Program-made: the position numbers and the translations under genes
The notes under the pieces: generated by a model
Told to the model about the DNA's origin: nothing
The model's database searches: none
What the model saw: only the letters and a program-made list of their open reading frames with translations
From: a virus
Lineage: Duplodnaviria > Caudoviricetes
Virus record (IMG/VR): IMGVR_UViG_3300005326_000040
Span: 256,001-320,000 of that record
Strand: one strand, 5' to 3'
DNA: 64,000 nucleotides
Part shown: positions 1-8,686 of the stretch, in pieces
Layout of the letters: every line of letters starts with the position of its first letter
Position numbering within the stretch: the stretch's first letter is position 1

Positions 1-168
1 TATGTGCTTTTTTATGATGGTTCAATTATCAAAGCCGGGACTCTAGAAGAAATAAGTCTAGCCGTTCTAGATTTGGTTTCTGAACACGAAGATTTGGACA
101 ATGATGATGTCCTTATTCTTCAGCGAAAGCCGTTAGAAGAGATAGTAAACTATCTTACTCGCCGTTGA
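1..168 (+). CDS. hypothetical protein, 5'-truncated (C-terminal 55 aa)
   Basis: Frame 1 is open from base 1 (YVLFYDGSIIKAG...YLTRR) to TGA at 166-168. It converges on the next gene and is not in the ORF track. Confidence 0.6.
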   Translation, partial: YVLFYDGSIIKAGTLEEISLAVLDLVSEHEDLDNDDVLILQRKPLEEIVNYLTRR

Positions 169-170
169 AG

Positions 171-1109
171 TTATCCACCAAACGGATTTCCAAACATAAC
201 AGACAGTCTGTTGGCGTCTAGATGGCATTCGGTGCCAATCGGAATGACAGCGCTGACTTCGTTGTGGCTGAAATTCAACCCATAAATGCAAGGCGGGCCA
301 TTTTGAAGATATTCTACGATAACGTCTTCAATTGCGGGGTCACTTTCGTCGTCCGGCCGCTGGGAGAAGCTTCCGATTACAATTCCGCCTAATTTATCTA
401 GAATACCAGCTAGTCGTAAGTGTTCTAGATACATTGCGATTTTTAGAGCGCCTTCTCTTACATCTTCAATAAATAAAATGGCGCCATCTACAGTTGGCAT
501 GAATGGGGTTCCAATTAGATTGCAGAATGTGGTGATGTTTCCACCTATAGCTGGTCCATTGGCAATCCCTTTAGATACGGATTGTGGAAAATTTTTGTTT
601 CGCATAAATGGTTTTGCGCCCCAAAACTCATTCAAACATAAAAGCTCAATAGCATCTTGAAGTGCTGGTCTATTTTTAGAGTCATCATCATACGTTTCAA
701 CAGTTGGACCATTGAACGAAATCATATTTGAGCGAGCAAGAATTGCATTATTCAAAGCTGTTATGTCGCTAAACCCCATAATAGGCTTACGCTTTTCGGC
801 GATTAAGTCGTAAGGTAGATGAGGAAGAATCTGCGCTGTTCCAAAACCACCTGTAGCACAGATAATCGCGTCAATGTTGTCGTCTTCAATTGCCCAGATG
901 AATTCCTTAATTCTATCTTCCAAAGAGGCAGAATACATGCCTTTTTTCTTTAGGAAAAATACATTGTCTCCTAAAATAGGGGTCATATTGCATTCGCTAA
1001 TGGTTTTTAAACCTTTATGTAGATACTCTTGATTAAAACTAGAAGCAGGAGCAATCACCGCAATCTTTGAGCCTTCCGTCAAAGGCTTAGGGCACAGATA
1101 GTTTATCAT
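171..1109 (-). CDS. S66-family LD-carboxypeptidase (LdcA/MccF-like)
   Basis: IAVIAPAS N-terminus, ATGGFG, catalytic Ser in GFSDITAL, Glu in FIEDV, His in NFSHNE; 312 aa is typical for the family. Confidence 0.9.
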   Translation of the reverse strand: MINYLCPKPLTEGSKIAVIAPASSFNQEYLHKGLKTISECNMTPILGDNVFFLKKKGMYSASLEDRIKEFIWAIEDDNIDAIICATGGFGTAQILPHLPYDLIAEKRKPIMGFSDITALNNAILARSNMISFNGPTVETYDDDSKNRPALQDAIELLCLNEFWGAKPFMRNKNFPQSVSKGIANGPAIGGNITTFCNLIGTPFMPTVDGAILFIEDVREGALKIAMYLEHLRLAGILDKLGGIVIGSFSQRPDDESDPAIEDVIVEYLQNGPPCIYGLNFSHNEVSAVIPIGTECHLDANRLSVMFGNPFGG

Positions 1110-1123
1110 GTTTTTATGATGAT

Positions 1124-1915
1124 TTATTGCTTGGATTTCATTGCTTTGACGACAAGCTCATGAAGAGAAGACTTTATCGTTTCTACGTTGGTGTTGTCAC
1201 AACCAATATTTTCAATATTTTTGACAATTTGGTCAACATCTATTGTGGGACTAAAGGCATAAGTAAATGCGTTTTCCATTCGAGTATTGTTGTTTGCCAT
1301 TTTTTTATTTGTTTCTTCCTCAGTCTTCTTGATGAAGTACTTTTCAAACAACCTGAGAAGTGTTAGCCCCTCCTCTGTGCAATCGTTGTTGTAGTTTTTT
1401 ACTATAGTTTTCAACTCGTGAAATTTCAATATTAATTCCTTGAATTTCTGATCAGGGTCATAGTATTCATCTAGCATAGTTGAAATTTCTTCGCTAAGAT
1501 CAAGAATTTGCGGGTTGTTTTTGATTGTTTCTTTTACTTCTTTTCGAACAAGAAACATTTTTTCAACCTCAGCTAATCGCGCATAAGTCATTTTGCCGCT
1601 TAAAAGACTGTGCGTTTTGATTTGTGTAATCTCTTCTGGTGTTAAGTCTTCAAAAAACTCATATTTTTTTGGTGGATTATCTTGAGTAAGAACAGTGTGT
1701 TTTGATTTTATCTTGTTGTCGGCTTTGTAGCCTGTAAATAAATCGCTAGCGCGTTGGAAATCTTCTAAGATTGGTTCAAAAGACGCGCCATTGCGGGCTC
1801 TAGCACAAGCGCAAGCGACAGAAACAATGCAATTTCTTTCAGTTTCAGTTAGTTGCGGTGAGAAAAAATATTCAGTTCCATCGCGTAGTGTGACATGTTC
1901 GGGTTTCTTTTCCAT
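1124..1915 (-). CDS. hypothetical helical protein
   Basis: Long ORF. Start moved to MEKKPEH at 1915 because GGAGG lies just upstream and the longer start overlaps the divergent gene at 1973. Confidence 0.7.
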   Translation of the reverse strand: MEKKPEHVTLRDGTEYFFSPQLTETERNCIVSVACACARARNGASFEPILEDFQRASDLFTGYKADNKIKSKHTVLTQDNPPKKYEFFEDLTPEEITQIKTHSLLSGKMTYARLAEVEKMFLVRKEVKETIKNNPQILDLSEEISTMLDEYYDPDQKFKELILKFHELKTIVKNYNNDCTEEGLTLLRLFEKYFIKKTEEETNKKMANNNTRMENAFTYAFSPTIDVDQIVKNIENIGCDNTNVETIKSSLHELVVKAMKSKQ

Positions 1916-1935
1916 AATTCCTCCAGTGATATTTG

Positions 1936-1945
1936 GATATATATC
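1936..1945. promoter_or_regulatory. palindrome GATATATATC in a divergent intergenic region (candidate bidirectional -10-like box)
   Basis: Perfect 10-bp palindrome between divergent starts at 1915 (-) and 1973 (+); identical copy at 3375-3384. Confidence 0.45.
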
Positions 1946-1972
1946 TTTAACAGCAATTAATATAAGGAACAC

Positions 1973-2233
1973 ATGATGATTCAAGGAACGTCAATGTATG
2001 CTTGTCCCATGGATACTGATTTGGGCAAAGAAAAACAAGGCGAATACATAATACCAAAGATAGAACCATTTTACCCGCTTTTTCCTCCAGGCCCCGAAGA
2101 TGCTAAGGCTAAAATGGAGTTTTTGAATAAATTATGTGATGAATTTGAGTTGATGAGAATGCTTTCTAATCTTGATGAAAGTGTTCAAAGAAGAATTTTG
2201 GCTTGGCTGCAAGCATTATTGCAGGGGAAATAA
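1973..2233 (+). CDS. hypothetical protein
   Basis: 86-aa ORF with AAGGA upstream; TAATG coupling to the next gene. Confidence 0.7.
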   Translation: MMIQGTSMYACPMDTDLGKEKQGEYIIPKIEPFYPLFPPGPEDAKAKMEFLNKLCDEFELMRMLSNLDESVQRRILAWLQALLQGK

Positions 2234-2991
2234 TGGAAGAAAAAATCAAAGCTAGTGAGTTGCTAGCTAAAATCTATGAAGAATTAATCGAAATGAAAAC
2301 TCAACTAAGGGAAGTGAAAGAGCTTTCTAAGTTGATGACATATCAGTATAATTTGCTTCTAAAAAAGGTAAATGATATGGGCTCTGTGGTTTCAGCACAG
2401 CCGACACAGAAGGCTTCTGTCATAGCAACGGCGATGGAAACTATGCCTCAAATGGATAAACAAACAAAGCCAGCTATGCCAAAGAGAGCAAGACTTGGAG
2501 ATGTTCCTGAAGGAGAACGGCCTGTTCCTGAGCCTAAAGAAATCAAGACGGTTGTGAATATTGATTATAAGACTCCTCCGCCTAATGCTGTTAAACCTCA
2601 GAAATATGACTTTGATGTTCAAAAAGAAACGTCTTCTCCTTCTGAGGCGCCAGCTGCACAACAAACAAATCTAAATTCTCAAGTGCCTGTTACTCAGGTT
2701 GTGTATACTAAAGAAGGAAAGCCAGTTTCTCTTGCTTCAGTTGAAATAACGGACCCTTCAGGCAAGGTGGTCAACAAGAGTAGAACGAACAACGTAGGTA
2801 GATGGCAAGTTCTTTTGGCTCCTGGTGATTATACGGTTCATGTTTTGAGACGGTATATTAAGGGCCAAGAAGAGGGGGAAGTGGTTGAATATAATCAACC
2901 CATTCGAGTTGTGCCTTCTGAAAAGAAATTAGAGATTCAGGCGCCGGAAGAATATCGAAACAAAGTTCAGTCGTCAGCTTTCAAAAAATAA
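2233..2991 (+). CDS. hypothetical protein: N-terminal coiled coil, P/T/A-rich linker, C-terminal carboxypeptidase-regulatory-like beta-sandwich
   Basis: C-terminal GKPVSLASVEITD...RTNNVGRW...LAPGDYTV pattern is typical of CarboxypepD_reg-like domains; start set at the TAATG overlap. Confidence 0.7.
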   Translation: MEEKIKASELLAKIYEELIEMKTQLREVKELSKLMTYQYNLLLKKVNDMGSVVSAQPTQKASVIATAMETMPQMDKQTKPAMPKRARLGDVPEGERPVPEPKEIKTVVNIDYKTPPPNAVKPQKYDFDVQKETSSPSEAPAAQQTNLNSQVPVTQVVYTKEGKPVSLASVEITDPSGKVVNKSRTNNVGRWQVLLAPGDYTVHVLRRYIKGQEEGEVVEYNQPIRVVPSEKKLEIQAPEEYRNKVQSSAFKK

Positions 2992-2996
2992 ATCAT

Positions 2997-3365
2997 CTAT
3001 GTTAATTTCGGTTTCGGCTTCTTTTTATTGGTAATAGGCTTTATTTCATCAATATTGAGTTTGGGAAAGCGTTGCCTTACCTTTTCAAATACTTTATCTT
3101 TAATTGATTTTAGAATAGAACTTAGTTCTTCTCCTTCGCCTTCTATCCACCAAGCGGGCTTTTCATCAAGACTTTTTACTTGTCCTATAGTGCGTTTGGC
3201 AGCATGTTCATCAAAAATAGGGAAATGGTAATGCTTCCCTCGAACTTTTTCGTCATCGGGAGCAAAGCAATAGTCTTTTGGGTTGATGGTTTTTTGTTCA
3301 GCCTTTTGCGCCGCAGCTTCTTTGTAAAATTCTGACAAAATAGAAATAGCATTTTTGATGGTCAT
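2997..3365 (-). CDS. hypothetical protein, probable virion component
   Basis: SD AGAGG; FYKEAAA motif near the N-terminus; HYHFPIFDEHAA segment; candidate late promoter 14 nt upstream. Confidence 0.65.
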   Translation of the reverse strand: MTIKNAISILSEFYKEAAAQKAEQKTINPKDYCFAPDDEKVRGKHYHFPIFDEHAAKRTIGQVKSLDEKPAWWIEGEGEELSSILKSIKDKVFEKVRQRFPKLNIDEIKPITNKKKPKPKLT

Positions 3366-3374
3366 GACGCCTCT

Positions 3375-3394
3375 GATATATATCGAAATAATAG
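3375..3394. promoter_or_regulatory. GATATATATC palindrome overlapping a minus-strand candidate late promoter (ctatta-N6-tat)
   Basis: Palindrome at 3375-3384 and motif at 3380-3394 on the minus strand, between divergent genes. Confidence 0.45.
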
Positions 3395-3401
3395 GTGTAA
3401 T

Positions 3402-3821
3402 ATGTTTAGAAGGTCAGATTTAGCAGCAAAAGATAGAGAAGAGGTTTCTATTCAGAAGAAGGCAAGCATCAATGTTGTAGACGATCCCTATTTGAATGAA
3501 ACGGGATATGGATACAAGTCTATGACAGTAGAAGCGGCTTTAGAGAGAGCTAGAGAGCAGGCATATACGTTTGGCTATCGCGATGATGATATTGGGGATG
3601 GAGATTTTGAATCCCAGGATATGATCAAGCAGATGGCTGATGTTATTTCTAAAGTTTTATGGGGTTACGATAGTGCTAAAGTAGAAATGGCTAATGAAAG
3701 TATGCTTCGGCGCGCAGAAGAATTTCGTTATCAAGGTGTTCAGTCAGGCTCTTTGGCTCCTAAGAAGATAGCGAAGCGGGGACTTTTGAAGGAAGAGCCG
3801 AGGATTATTCGAAAACGTTAG
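3402..3821 (+). CDS. hypothetical protein, probable virion component
   Basis: 139-aa ORF with SD AGGT; MFRRS start and IQKKAS motif. Confidence 0.65.
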   Translation: MFRRSDLAAKDREEVSIQKKASINVVDDPYLNETGYGYKSMTVEAALERAREQAYTFGYRDDDIGDGDFESQDMIKQMADVISKVLWGYDSAKVEMANESMLRRAEEFRYQGVQSGSLAPKKIAKRGLLKEEPRIIRKR

Positions 3822-4483
3822 GCTTTTTTATTCTTAGCAAATTTTTCAAAACCAAAAACGCTAATTGCGTCAATAGCGGCGAACAATTCCTTTTCTGGTT
3901 TAAGTTGTTCGTCTGAAGGTTCGCTTGTTTCTTCAAGGATTTTAGAGCTATCTTCAGCGGTTGGTTCTTGTAAGTCTTCTAGTCTTTTATCTTCTTCTTC
4001 CTCTGTATCGGTTTCTTTCGCCAACTCAATAAAGTTTCTTATTCGGTCATGATAAGCGCGAATGGTGTTTGCGATTTCCGAATTTGGATCGATGTTTTCG
4101 ACTTTTGCTTTTATTACTTTTGTTTCTTCTTTGTTTCCGGCGTGAGAAAATGTATGAGCATATATTCTAACAGTGTTGCCGAGTATAGAGACGCCAGGAA
4201 TCATATTGGAATGATATATTCCTTCTTTTTGCCCCGTGAGAATGCTTTGAAGGTGTTGTGCTTCTTTGAGAAGACTGAGAAAAGTATTGGTTATGTTAGA
4301 TAGATTCTTTTCATCTATTTGAATTTCTTCTTTACCTGTAGCCCAAAACACAATAATTTTTCCGCTTTTCTTCATATGAATAGCGGGAATTATGTCGTTG
4401 GGAAGCTTTAAGGCGTCCTGCAATGAAACTGTTGCGGTTTTCTTCAAAGAAGCTAAAAGGCTTACTGCTTTACCAATACTCAT
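3818..4483 (-). CDS. hypothetical protein, probable virion component
   Basis: 221-aa ORF with LKKTAT near the N-terminus, an acidic stretch and FEKFAK at the C-terminus. Confidence 0.65.
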   Translation of the reverse strand: MSIGKAVSLLASLKKTATVSLQDALKLPNDIIPAIHMKKSGKIIVFWATGKEEIQIDEKNLSNITNTFLSLLKEAQHLQSILTGQKEGIYHSNMIPGVSILGNTVRIYAHTFSHAGNKEETKVIKAKVENIDPNSEIANTIRAYHDRIRNFIELAKETDTEEEEDKRLEDLQEPTAEDSSKILEETSEPSDEQLKPEKELFAAIDAISVFGFEKFAKNKKA

Positions 4484-4490
4484 GGGAATA

Positions 4491-4505
4491 ATTCGAAAAT
4501 ATTGG
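4491..4505 (-). promoter_or_regulatory. candidate late promoter (ccaata-N6-aat), possibly giving a leaderless mRNA
   Basis: Motif ends 7 nt before the ATG at 4483; no SD is visible. Confidence 0.35.
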
Positions 4506-4529
4506 CTGTCGGGCAGATGGAAAGACTCT

Positions 4530-4535
4530 TATAAT
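4530..4535 (+). promoter_or_regulatory. TATAAT -10 box upstream of dut
   Basis: Exact TATAAT 8 nt before the ATG at 4544; no recognisable -35. Confidence 0.35.
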
Positions 4536-4543
4536 GGTCAGCT

Positions 4544-4978
4544 ATGACAACTATCAAATTTCTTTTAGCACATTCCGAAGCAAAGCTCCCACAATATCAG
4601 GACGTAGGTTGTTCTGGAATGGACGTAAGATCGGTCGAAGATTTGGTTTTGGAGCCTGGAGGAATTGAAATTGTAAAGACTGGACTGAAGCCTGTTATTC
4701 CTGTTGGTCTTGAAATTCAAGTGCGTTCTCGTTCAGGAATGGCGGCGAAACATGGAGTTGCCGTTTTGAATTCTCCAGGAACTATTGATGCCTCCTACAG
4801 AGGAGAAATTGGTGTAATTCTGATTAATCATGGACCAGCACCTTATACTATTAGGGTTGGAGATAGAATTGCGCAGTTAGTTGTAGCTAAGGTGGAAATG
4901 GTTCAAGTAGAAGCAACCGATTCATTGCCTGAAACAACTCGCGGTGAAGGTGGTTTTGGCAGCACAGGAACGAAGTAA
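4544..4978 (+). CDS. dut: trimeric dUTPase
   Basis: All five motifs present: SGMDV, RSRSGMA, GTIDASYRGEI, GDRIAQLV, RGEGGFGSTG. Confidence 0.97.
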   Translation: MTTIKFLLAHSEAKLPQYQDVGCSGMDVRSVEDLVLEPGGIEIVKTGLKPVIPVGLEIQVRSRSGMAAKHGVAVLNSPGTIDASYRGEIGVILINHGPAPYTIRVGDRIAQLVVAKVEMVQVEATDSLPETTRGEGGFGSTGTK

Positions 4979-4979
4979 T

Positions 4980-5975
4980 ATGACGACGAAATCAAAAATT
5001 CTTACTGGTATTTCTGTTACTTTTCTTATTTTGATTTTGATGTATATTATCAAGCTTCAATATGATGCTTTAGAACGGCAGAGACAAATCGAGCAAACTA
5101 TTATCAAATTTCAACAGCTTGAAGGCGGAATTGCTCGAATTGAAAGTCGCTTGGTAAAAGATAAAAGCGATCTTGAGTCTAGGTTACAAGACCTCGGCAT
5201 TAACGTCAAGGTAATTCAAGATGACTTGGATGCTTATGGCGCAAAACTAGAAAGCGTTTCAGTTGTTGTGGGTAGAACCGAAGGGTATATTCAAACAGCA
5301 ATTCCTAGTGACTGGCAGGAGCCATCAGAGGATCCTAAGGTTCCAGAGCAAAAAGATGAGACTTGTACCAGCAAGTATGGGTATTGTACTCATGCACAAG
5401 GACTCAATTTATATGAACAAGGGTTGGATGGCTCCAAGATTCCTTTTGGTGGCGTAAAGTTTAATGCAGCCGTCCAAAACCCTTGGGACATATCTGTGTT
5501 TCCGCGCAAATATTATTCTGTCATGACCATGGGCAAGGATAAATCAGGAAAAGTTATTGCTCATTCTCAAATGATGATCGAAGATAAAGATGGTAAGAAA
5601 TATAAGATTGGCGTGGATGAATCTTCATTTATCGAGACGGTTGCTGAAACGTCTCGAATGTATTGGTGGAACCCAAGGATTACCGCTGGATATAGTTTGG
5701 GTGTAGATTCGGACGTAAATATTGCTTCTAGTGTTGGTGCGCAATTTTTTGCATCCGCATATGCCTCTAATCGTTCCAGACCCAAATGGATGTTTATTGG
5801 GTTAGGCGCCGGTTATGATATCTCTTCGAGAAAACCAATTTTGACATTTTCTCCTTTCATGTATAATGTGTTTCCGTACAGCCAACTTGTGCAGAATCTT
5901 TATGTTGGACCGACGGTGGCTCTTTCTACTGCTGGTGCTGTAAGTGGAAATGCAACTGTTTCCGTATTATTCTGA
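4980..5975 (+). CDS. membrane protein: N-terminal TM anchor, coiled coil, C-terminal amphipathic beta-strands ending in Phe
   Basis: TM segment ILTGISVTFLILILMYII; heptad region; alternating strands (ITAGYSLGV, FIGLGAGYD, LYVGPTVAL); ends SVLF. Start set at the ATG after the dut stop. Confidence 0.7.
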   Translation: MTTKSKILTGISVTFLILILMYIIKLQYDALERQRQIEQTIIKFQQLEGGIARIESRLVKDKSDLESRLQDLGINVKVIQDDLDAYGAKLESVSVVVGRTEGYIQTAIPSDWQEPSEDPKVPEQKDETCTSKYGYCTHAQGLNLYEQGLDGSKIPFGGVKFNAAVQNPWDISVFPRKYYSVMTMGKDKSGKVIAHSQMMIEDKDGKKYKIGVDESSFIETVAETSRMYWWNPRITAGYSLGVDSDVNIASSVGAQFFASAYASNRSRPKWMFIGLGAGYDISSRKPILTFSPFMYNVFPYSQLVQNLYVGPTVALSTAGAVSGNATVSVLF

Positions 5976-5988
5976 TTGTAGGTGAAAA

Positions 5989-6285
5989 ATGAATTACGTT
6001 TTATTTTTTTCTGGTGTAAGTTTGGGGATGCTTTTAGGGATATACATATTTTGGATGTTTACTGAGAGAAAGATAGAAGAAAAGAAAGAGCCGAATGCTA
6101 AAGTTCGAAAAATTTTGCGGCAGCTTGACGCTATTTATAGTAAAATATGGGAAGTGGATGACACGGTAAGAAGCGCGTCAAAAACATTATCCTCTGAGGA
6201 GTATAACTATATCTCCACGCGCGTAAGTTTTGTTAGAAGAGCTATTTTAGATAGTATAGACCAAATTGAAAAGAGAGAAAAATGA
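5989..6285 (+). CDS. small single-TM protein (paralog of the next gene)
   Basis: N-terminal hydrophobic helix followed by KEPNAKVRKILRQLD. Confidence 0.7.
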   Translation: MNYVLFFSGVSLGMLLGIYIFWMFTERKIEEKKEPNAKVRKILRQLDAIYSKIWEVDDTVRSASKTLSSEEYNYISTRVSFVRRAILDSIDQIEKREK

Positions 6286-6596
6286 TTATTGCAATTTTTT
6301 GTATTGGGTGTATTGTTGGCGTATTTGCCACAATTATGATGTCAATATTTATTGAAGCCCGAAAAAAAGCAATACAAAAAGAGCCCAACCCATATGTTCG
6401 CAAGGCTTTGCGAGAATTAGATTCTTCTTTGAGCAAAGTGAATGCAGCTTACAACGTCATATTAAATTGTAGTTTTGGAGCAAAGTATTATCAGCGCAAT
6501 GATATGCTTGAACAATTGGATTCCTGTTACAAAAATATTCAGGATACAATCAAGCAAATTGAAGAGAGGGAAAACGAGGAAAAGAATGACGCTTGA
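6282..6596 (+). CDS. small single-TM protein (paralog of the previous gene)
   Basis: N-terminal hydrophobic helix followed by KEPNPYVRKALRELD; ATGA overlap. Confidence 0.7.
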   Translation: MIIAIFCIGCIVGVFATIMMSIFIEARKKAIQKEPNPYVRKALRELDSSLSKVNAAYNVILNCSFGAKYYQRNDMLEQLDSCYKNIQDTIKQIEERENEEKNDA

Positions 6597-6616
6597 TGGT
6601 ATGCCTTGTTGTCGGT

Positions 6617-6631
6617 CTAATACTTTGGTAT
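6617..6631 (+). promoter_or_regulatory. candidate late promoter ctaata-N6-tat
   Basis: CTAATA CTTTGG TAT, followed by SD GGAGG and ATG 17 nt after the motif. Confidence 0.5.
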
Positions 6632-6648
6632 ATCTTATGGAGGGCACC

Positions 6649-6813
6649 ATGCGGCAACTTGAACTAGAGTTAACAATCGAGGACGTTCCGCAAGTAGAGG
6701 AGAAGAAAGATGACGAAGTCAACAGAGGATGTTGTGTACTTAACGTTTGTGACTCTAATGACAATTTCATTGTGGACATCCTTGTTACACATGATATTAA
6801 CTTAAAAGATTAA
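6649..6813 (+). CDS. small acidic hypothetical protein (54 aa)
   Basis: Strong SD GGAGGG before the ATG at 6649 (MRQLELEL...); the track start at 6475 overlaps the previous gene. Confidence 0.6.
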   Translation: MRQLELELTIEDVPQVEEKKDDEVNRGCCVLNVCDSNDNFIVDILVTHDINLKD

Positions 6814-6814
6814 G

Positions 6815-7039
6815 ATGATTTGCGCCGAATGTAACAAGTTAGCGAAAAATTCAAAACCGCATATTTGTAAGCGGTGTTCTCGTATGGTTTCTTTTAAAGA
6901 ACAACAAATTTGTGAAGTCTGTTCTGTTACAACTCAAAGCTGTTGTGTATGTGGTCGCAATATGGTTACAAAAGGAAGTGAAGACCCTAACCATCCATTT
7001 TTTAGTTCGTCGGGTCGATGTAAGTCCTGTGGTAATTAA
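6815..7039 (+). CDS. small Cys-rich (multi-CxxC) zinc-binding protein
   Basis: CAEC, CKRC, CEVC, CCVC and CKSC in 74 aa. Confidence 0.75.
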   Translation: MICAECNKLAKNSKPHICKRCSRMVSFKEQQICEVCSVTTQSCCVCGRNMVTKGSEDPNHPFFSSSGRCKSCGN

Positions 7040-7062
7040 GAATTGTCGTAGGAGAATTGACT

Positions 7063-7605
7063 ATGGACAGCTGGATAGATAAATTAGCTAAGTGGTTTTT
7101 TCCTGATGTGCCAATGCGTTGGGCTTATGTAATTGTTAATGACGATGTAATGCATTGTCTTTTAACCAAGAGAGTTCCTGAAAATCGAGGGTATTACATT
7201 ACAGACGAAGACTTATGGTATTGTGACGAACTTAGACGTTGCGTTGGTAAAAATGAAAAGTTTTTTGAAACACAATCCGAAGCAATAGAAGTTCTGATAC
7301 AACAACTTGAATCAAAAATAAATCGCGCTCAACAGTTTATTTTGGAAAAAACTGATTATGTTGAGTTTTTGAAGCGCAGACTAAAGCTTGCAAAAGCAAA
7401 TGAAGCCTTAGAATTGCTTGAGAAGAAAACTGGTGAAGAGGTAGCAGAGCGGTTAGGTAAGTATCTTATACTAGAGAACGCTGTTAAGCAACTTAGGCTT
7501 ATTAACTCTTCTCAAGAAACTCATGAGGAGGATTCGATTCTTGAAGAAATGGATATTCTGTGGAATGAGATGACTGAAGAAGAAAGAGCTAAAGCAAATA
7601 GATGA
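7063..7605 (+). CDS. hypothetical protein with coiled coil
   Basis: SD AGGAG 8 nt before the ATG at 7063; ATGA overlap with def. Confidence 0.7.
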   Translation: MDSWIDKLAKWFFPDVPMRWAYVIVNDDVMHCLLTKRVPENRGYYITDEDLWYCDELRRCVGKNEKFFETQSEAIEVLIQQLESKINRAQQFILEKTDYVEFLKRRLKLAKANEALELLEKKTGEEVAERLGKYLILENAVKQLRLINSSQETHEEDSILEEMDILWNEMTEEERAKANR

Positions 7606-8129
7606 TTATTACAGATACATCTTTTCTTCAAGATATTTGCGATCCAATTTCCTCATCAGAGGAAGAGCGCGATATTATTTCTAAACTTGAGCAAGAACTT
7701 GAAATTTCTAATAAGGCCGGATCTTTTGGGATAGGTTTGGCTGCGCCTCAAATTGGAATTAAAAAACGAGCGGCTATTGTTCGAATTGGCCCAGCGGCAA
7801 CAATCAATCTTATCAACTCTGTAATTGTAGATAAGAATGGCTCGGCGTTTTCACAAGAATCATGCTTATCTCTTCCTACAAAATCTGTTGTCGTGCAGAG
7901 AAGTTCTGATATCTTAATTGAAAACAACAGCTTCGGTATCAAGCAAAAATTTGCGGCATATGGGCTCGCTGCCATCTGTATTCAGCATGAAATGGACCAT
8001 TGGGATGGAATTTTGATTGTTGATAGGGCAATAGAAAAGCATACAGAGAGCGTTAGCGCCACGCCTAACTTACCTTGTCCATGTGGGAGTGGTAAAAAGG
8101 CAAGAAAATGTTGCAAAAAGGTGAAATAA
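7602..8129 (+). CDS. def: peptide deformylase with C-terminal SEC-C zinc motif
   Basis: PDF motifs GIGLAAPQIG, ESCLS and HEMDH; C-terminal PNLPCPCGSGKKARKCC. Confidence 0.95.
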   Translation: MIITDTSFLQDICDPISSSEEERDIISKLEQELEISNKAGSFGIGLAAPQIGIKKRAAIVRIGPAATINLINSVIVDKNGSAFSQESCLSLPTKSVVVQRSSDILIENNSFGIKQKFAAYGLAAICIQHEMDHWDGILIVDRAIEKHTESVSATPNLPCPCGSGKKARKCCKKVK

Positions 8130-8371
8130 TGTCAATGACCGTGAAGGAAATGTCGGAGTTTATCAAAATGCAAGAAACCGTGATGGGTTTATTGCTAAGA
8201 GTAAGTGCTCTTGAATTGATCTTAAAGGAAAAAGGCGTTCTTACGGACGAACTTTTTTCAGTTAAAATCAAAGAAATTGGTGAAACAGTCGTCACCAGAA
8301 CCAAAGAGATGATGGCTGCTAAAGAACTTGAAGCAAAGAATAATGAGCAGGTTGGAGCAACTAACATCTAA
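8129..8371 (+). CDS. hypothetical protein
   Basis: TAATG-coupled 80-aa ORF, helical. Confidence 0.65.
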   Translation: MSMTVKEMSEFIKMQETVMGLLLRVSALELILKEKGVLTDELFSVKIKEIGETVVTRTKEMMAAKELEAKNNEQVGATNI

Positions 8372-8387
8372 AGAGTAACAGGATAAA

Positions 8388-8672
8388 ATGGAACAAGTAG
8401 AATTTGCAGGATTGGTTGTTTTGAAATTCTATTCGGATACGTGCGCTCCTTGTAAGCGTATTGTAACCATTATTAAAAAAATGCAGGAAGAATTTCAGTC
8501 AGTTAAGATATATAATGTCGATATTGAAGAAGATTATCAGCTAGCTAAAAGGTTTAGCGTCAAGTCTGTTCCTACTCTTGTTTTCTTGAATGGAGAAAAA
8601 GAACAAAGCAGAATTGACGGACTGGCAAATACTGAAACAATTCGAAAATCATTCAAGGCACTGGTAGGTTAA
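8388..8672 (+). CDS. trxA: thioredoxin
   Basis: FYSDTCAPCK active site, cis-Pro loop VKSVPTL, 94 aa. Confidence 0.88.
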   Translation: MEQVEFAGLVVLKFYSDTCAPCKRIVTIIKKMQEEFQSVKIYNVDIEEDYQLAKRFSVKSVPTLVFLNGEKEQSRIDGLANTETIRKSFKALVG

Positions 8673-8686
8673 GGAGAAATTAGATT

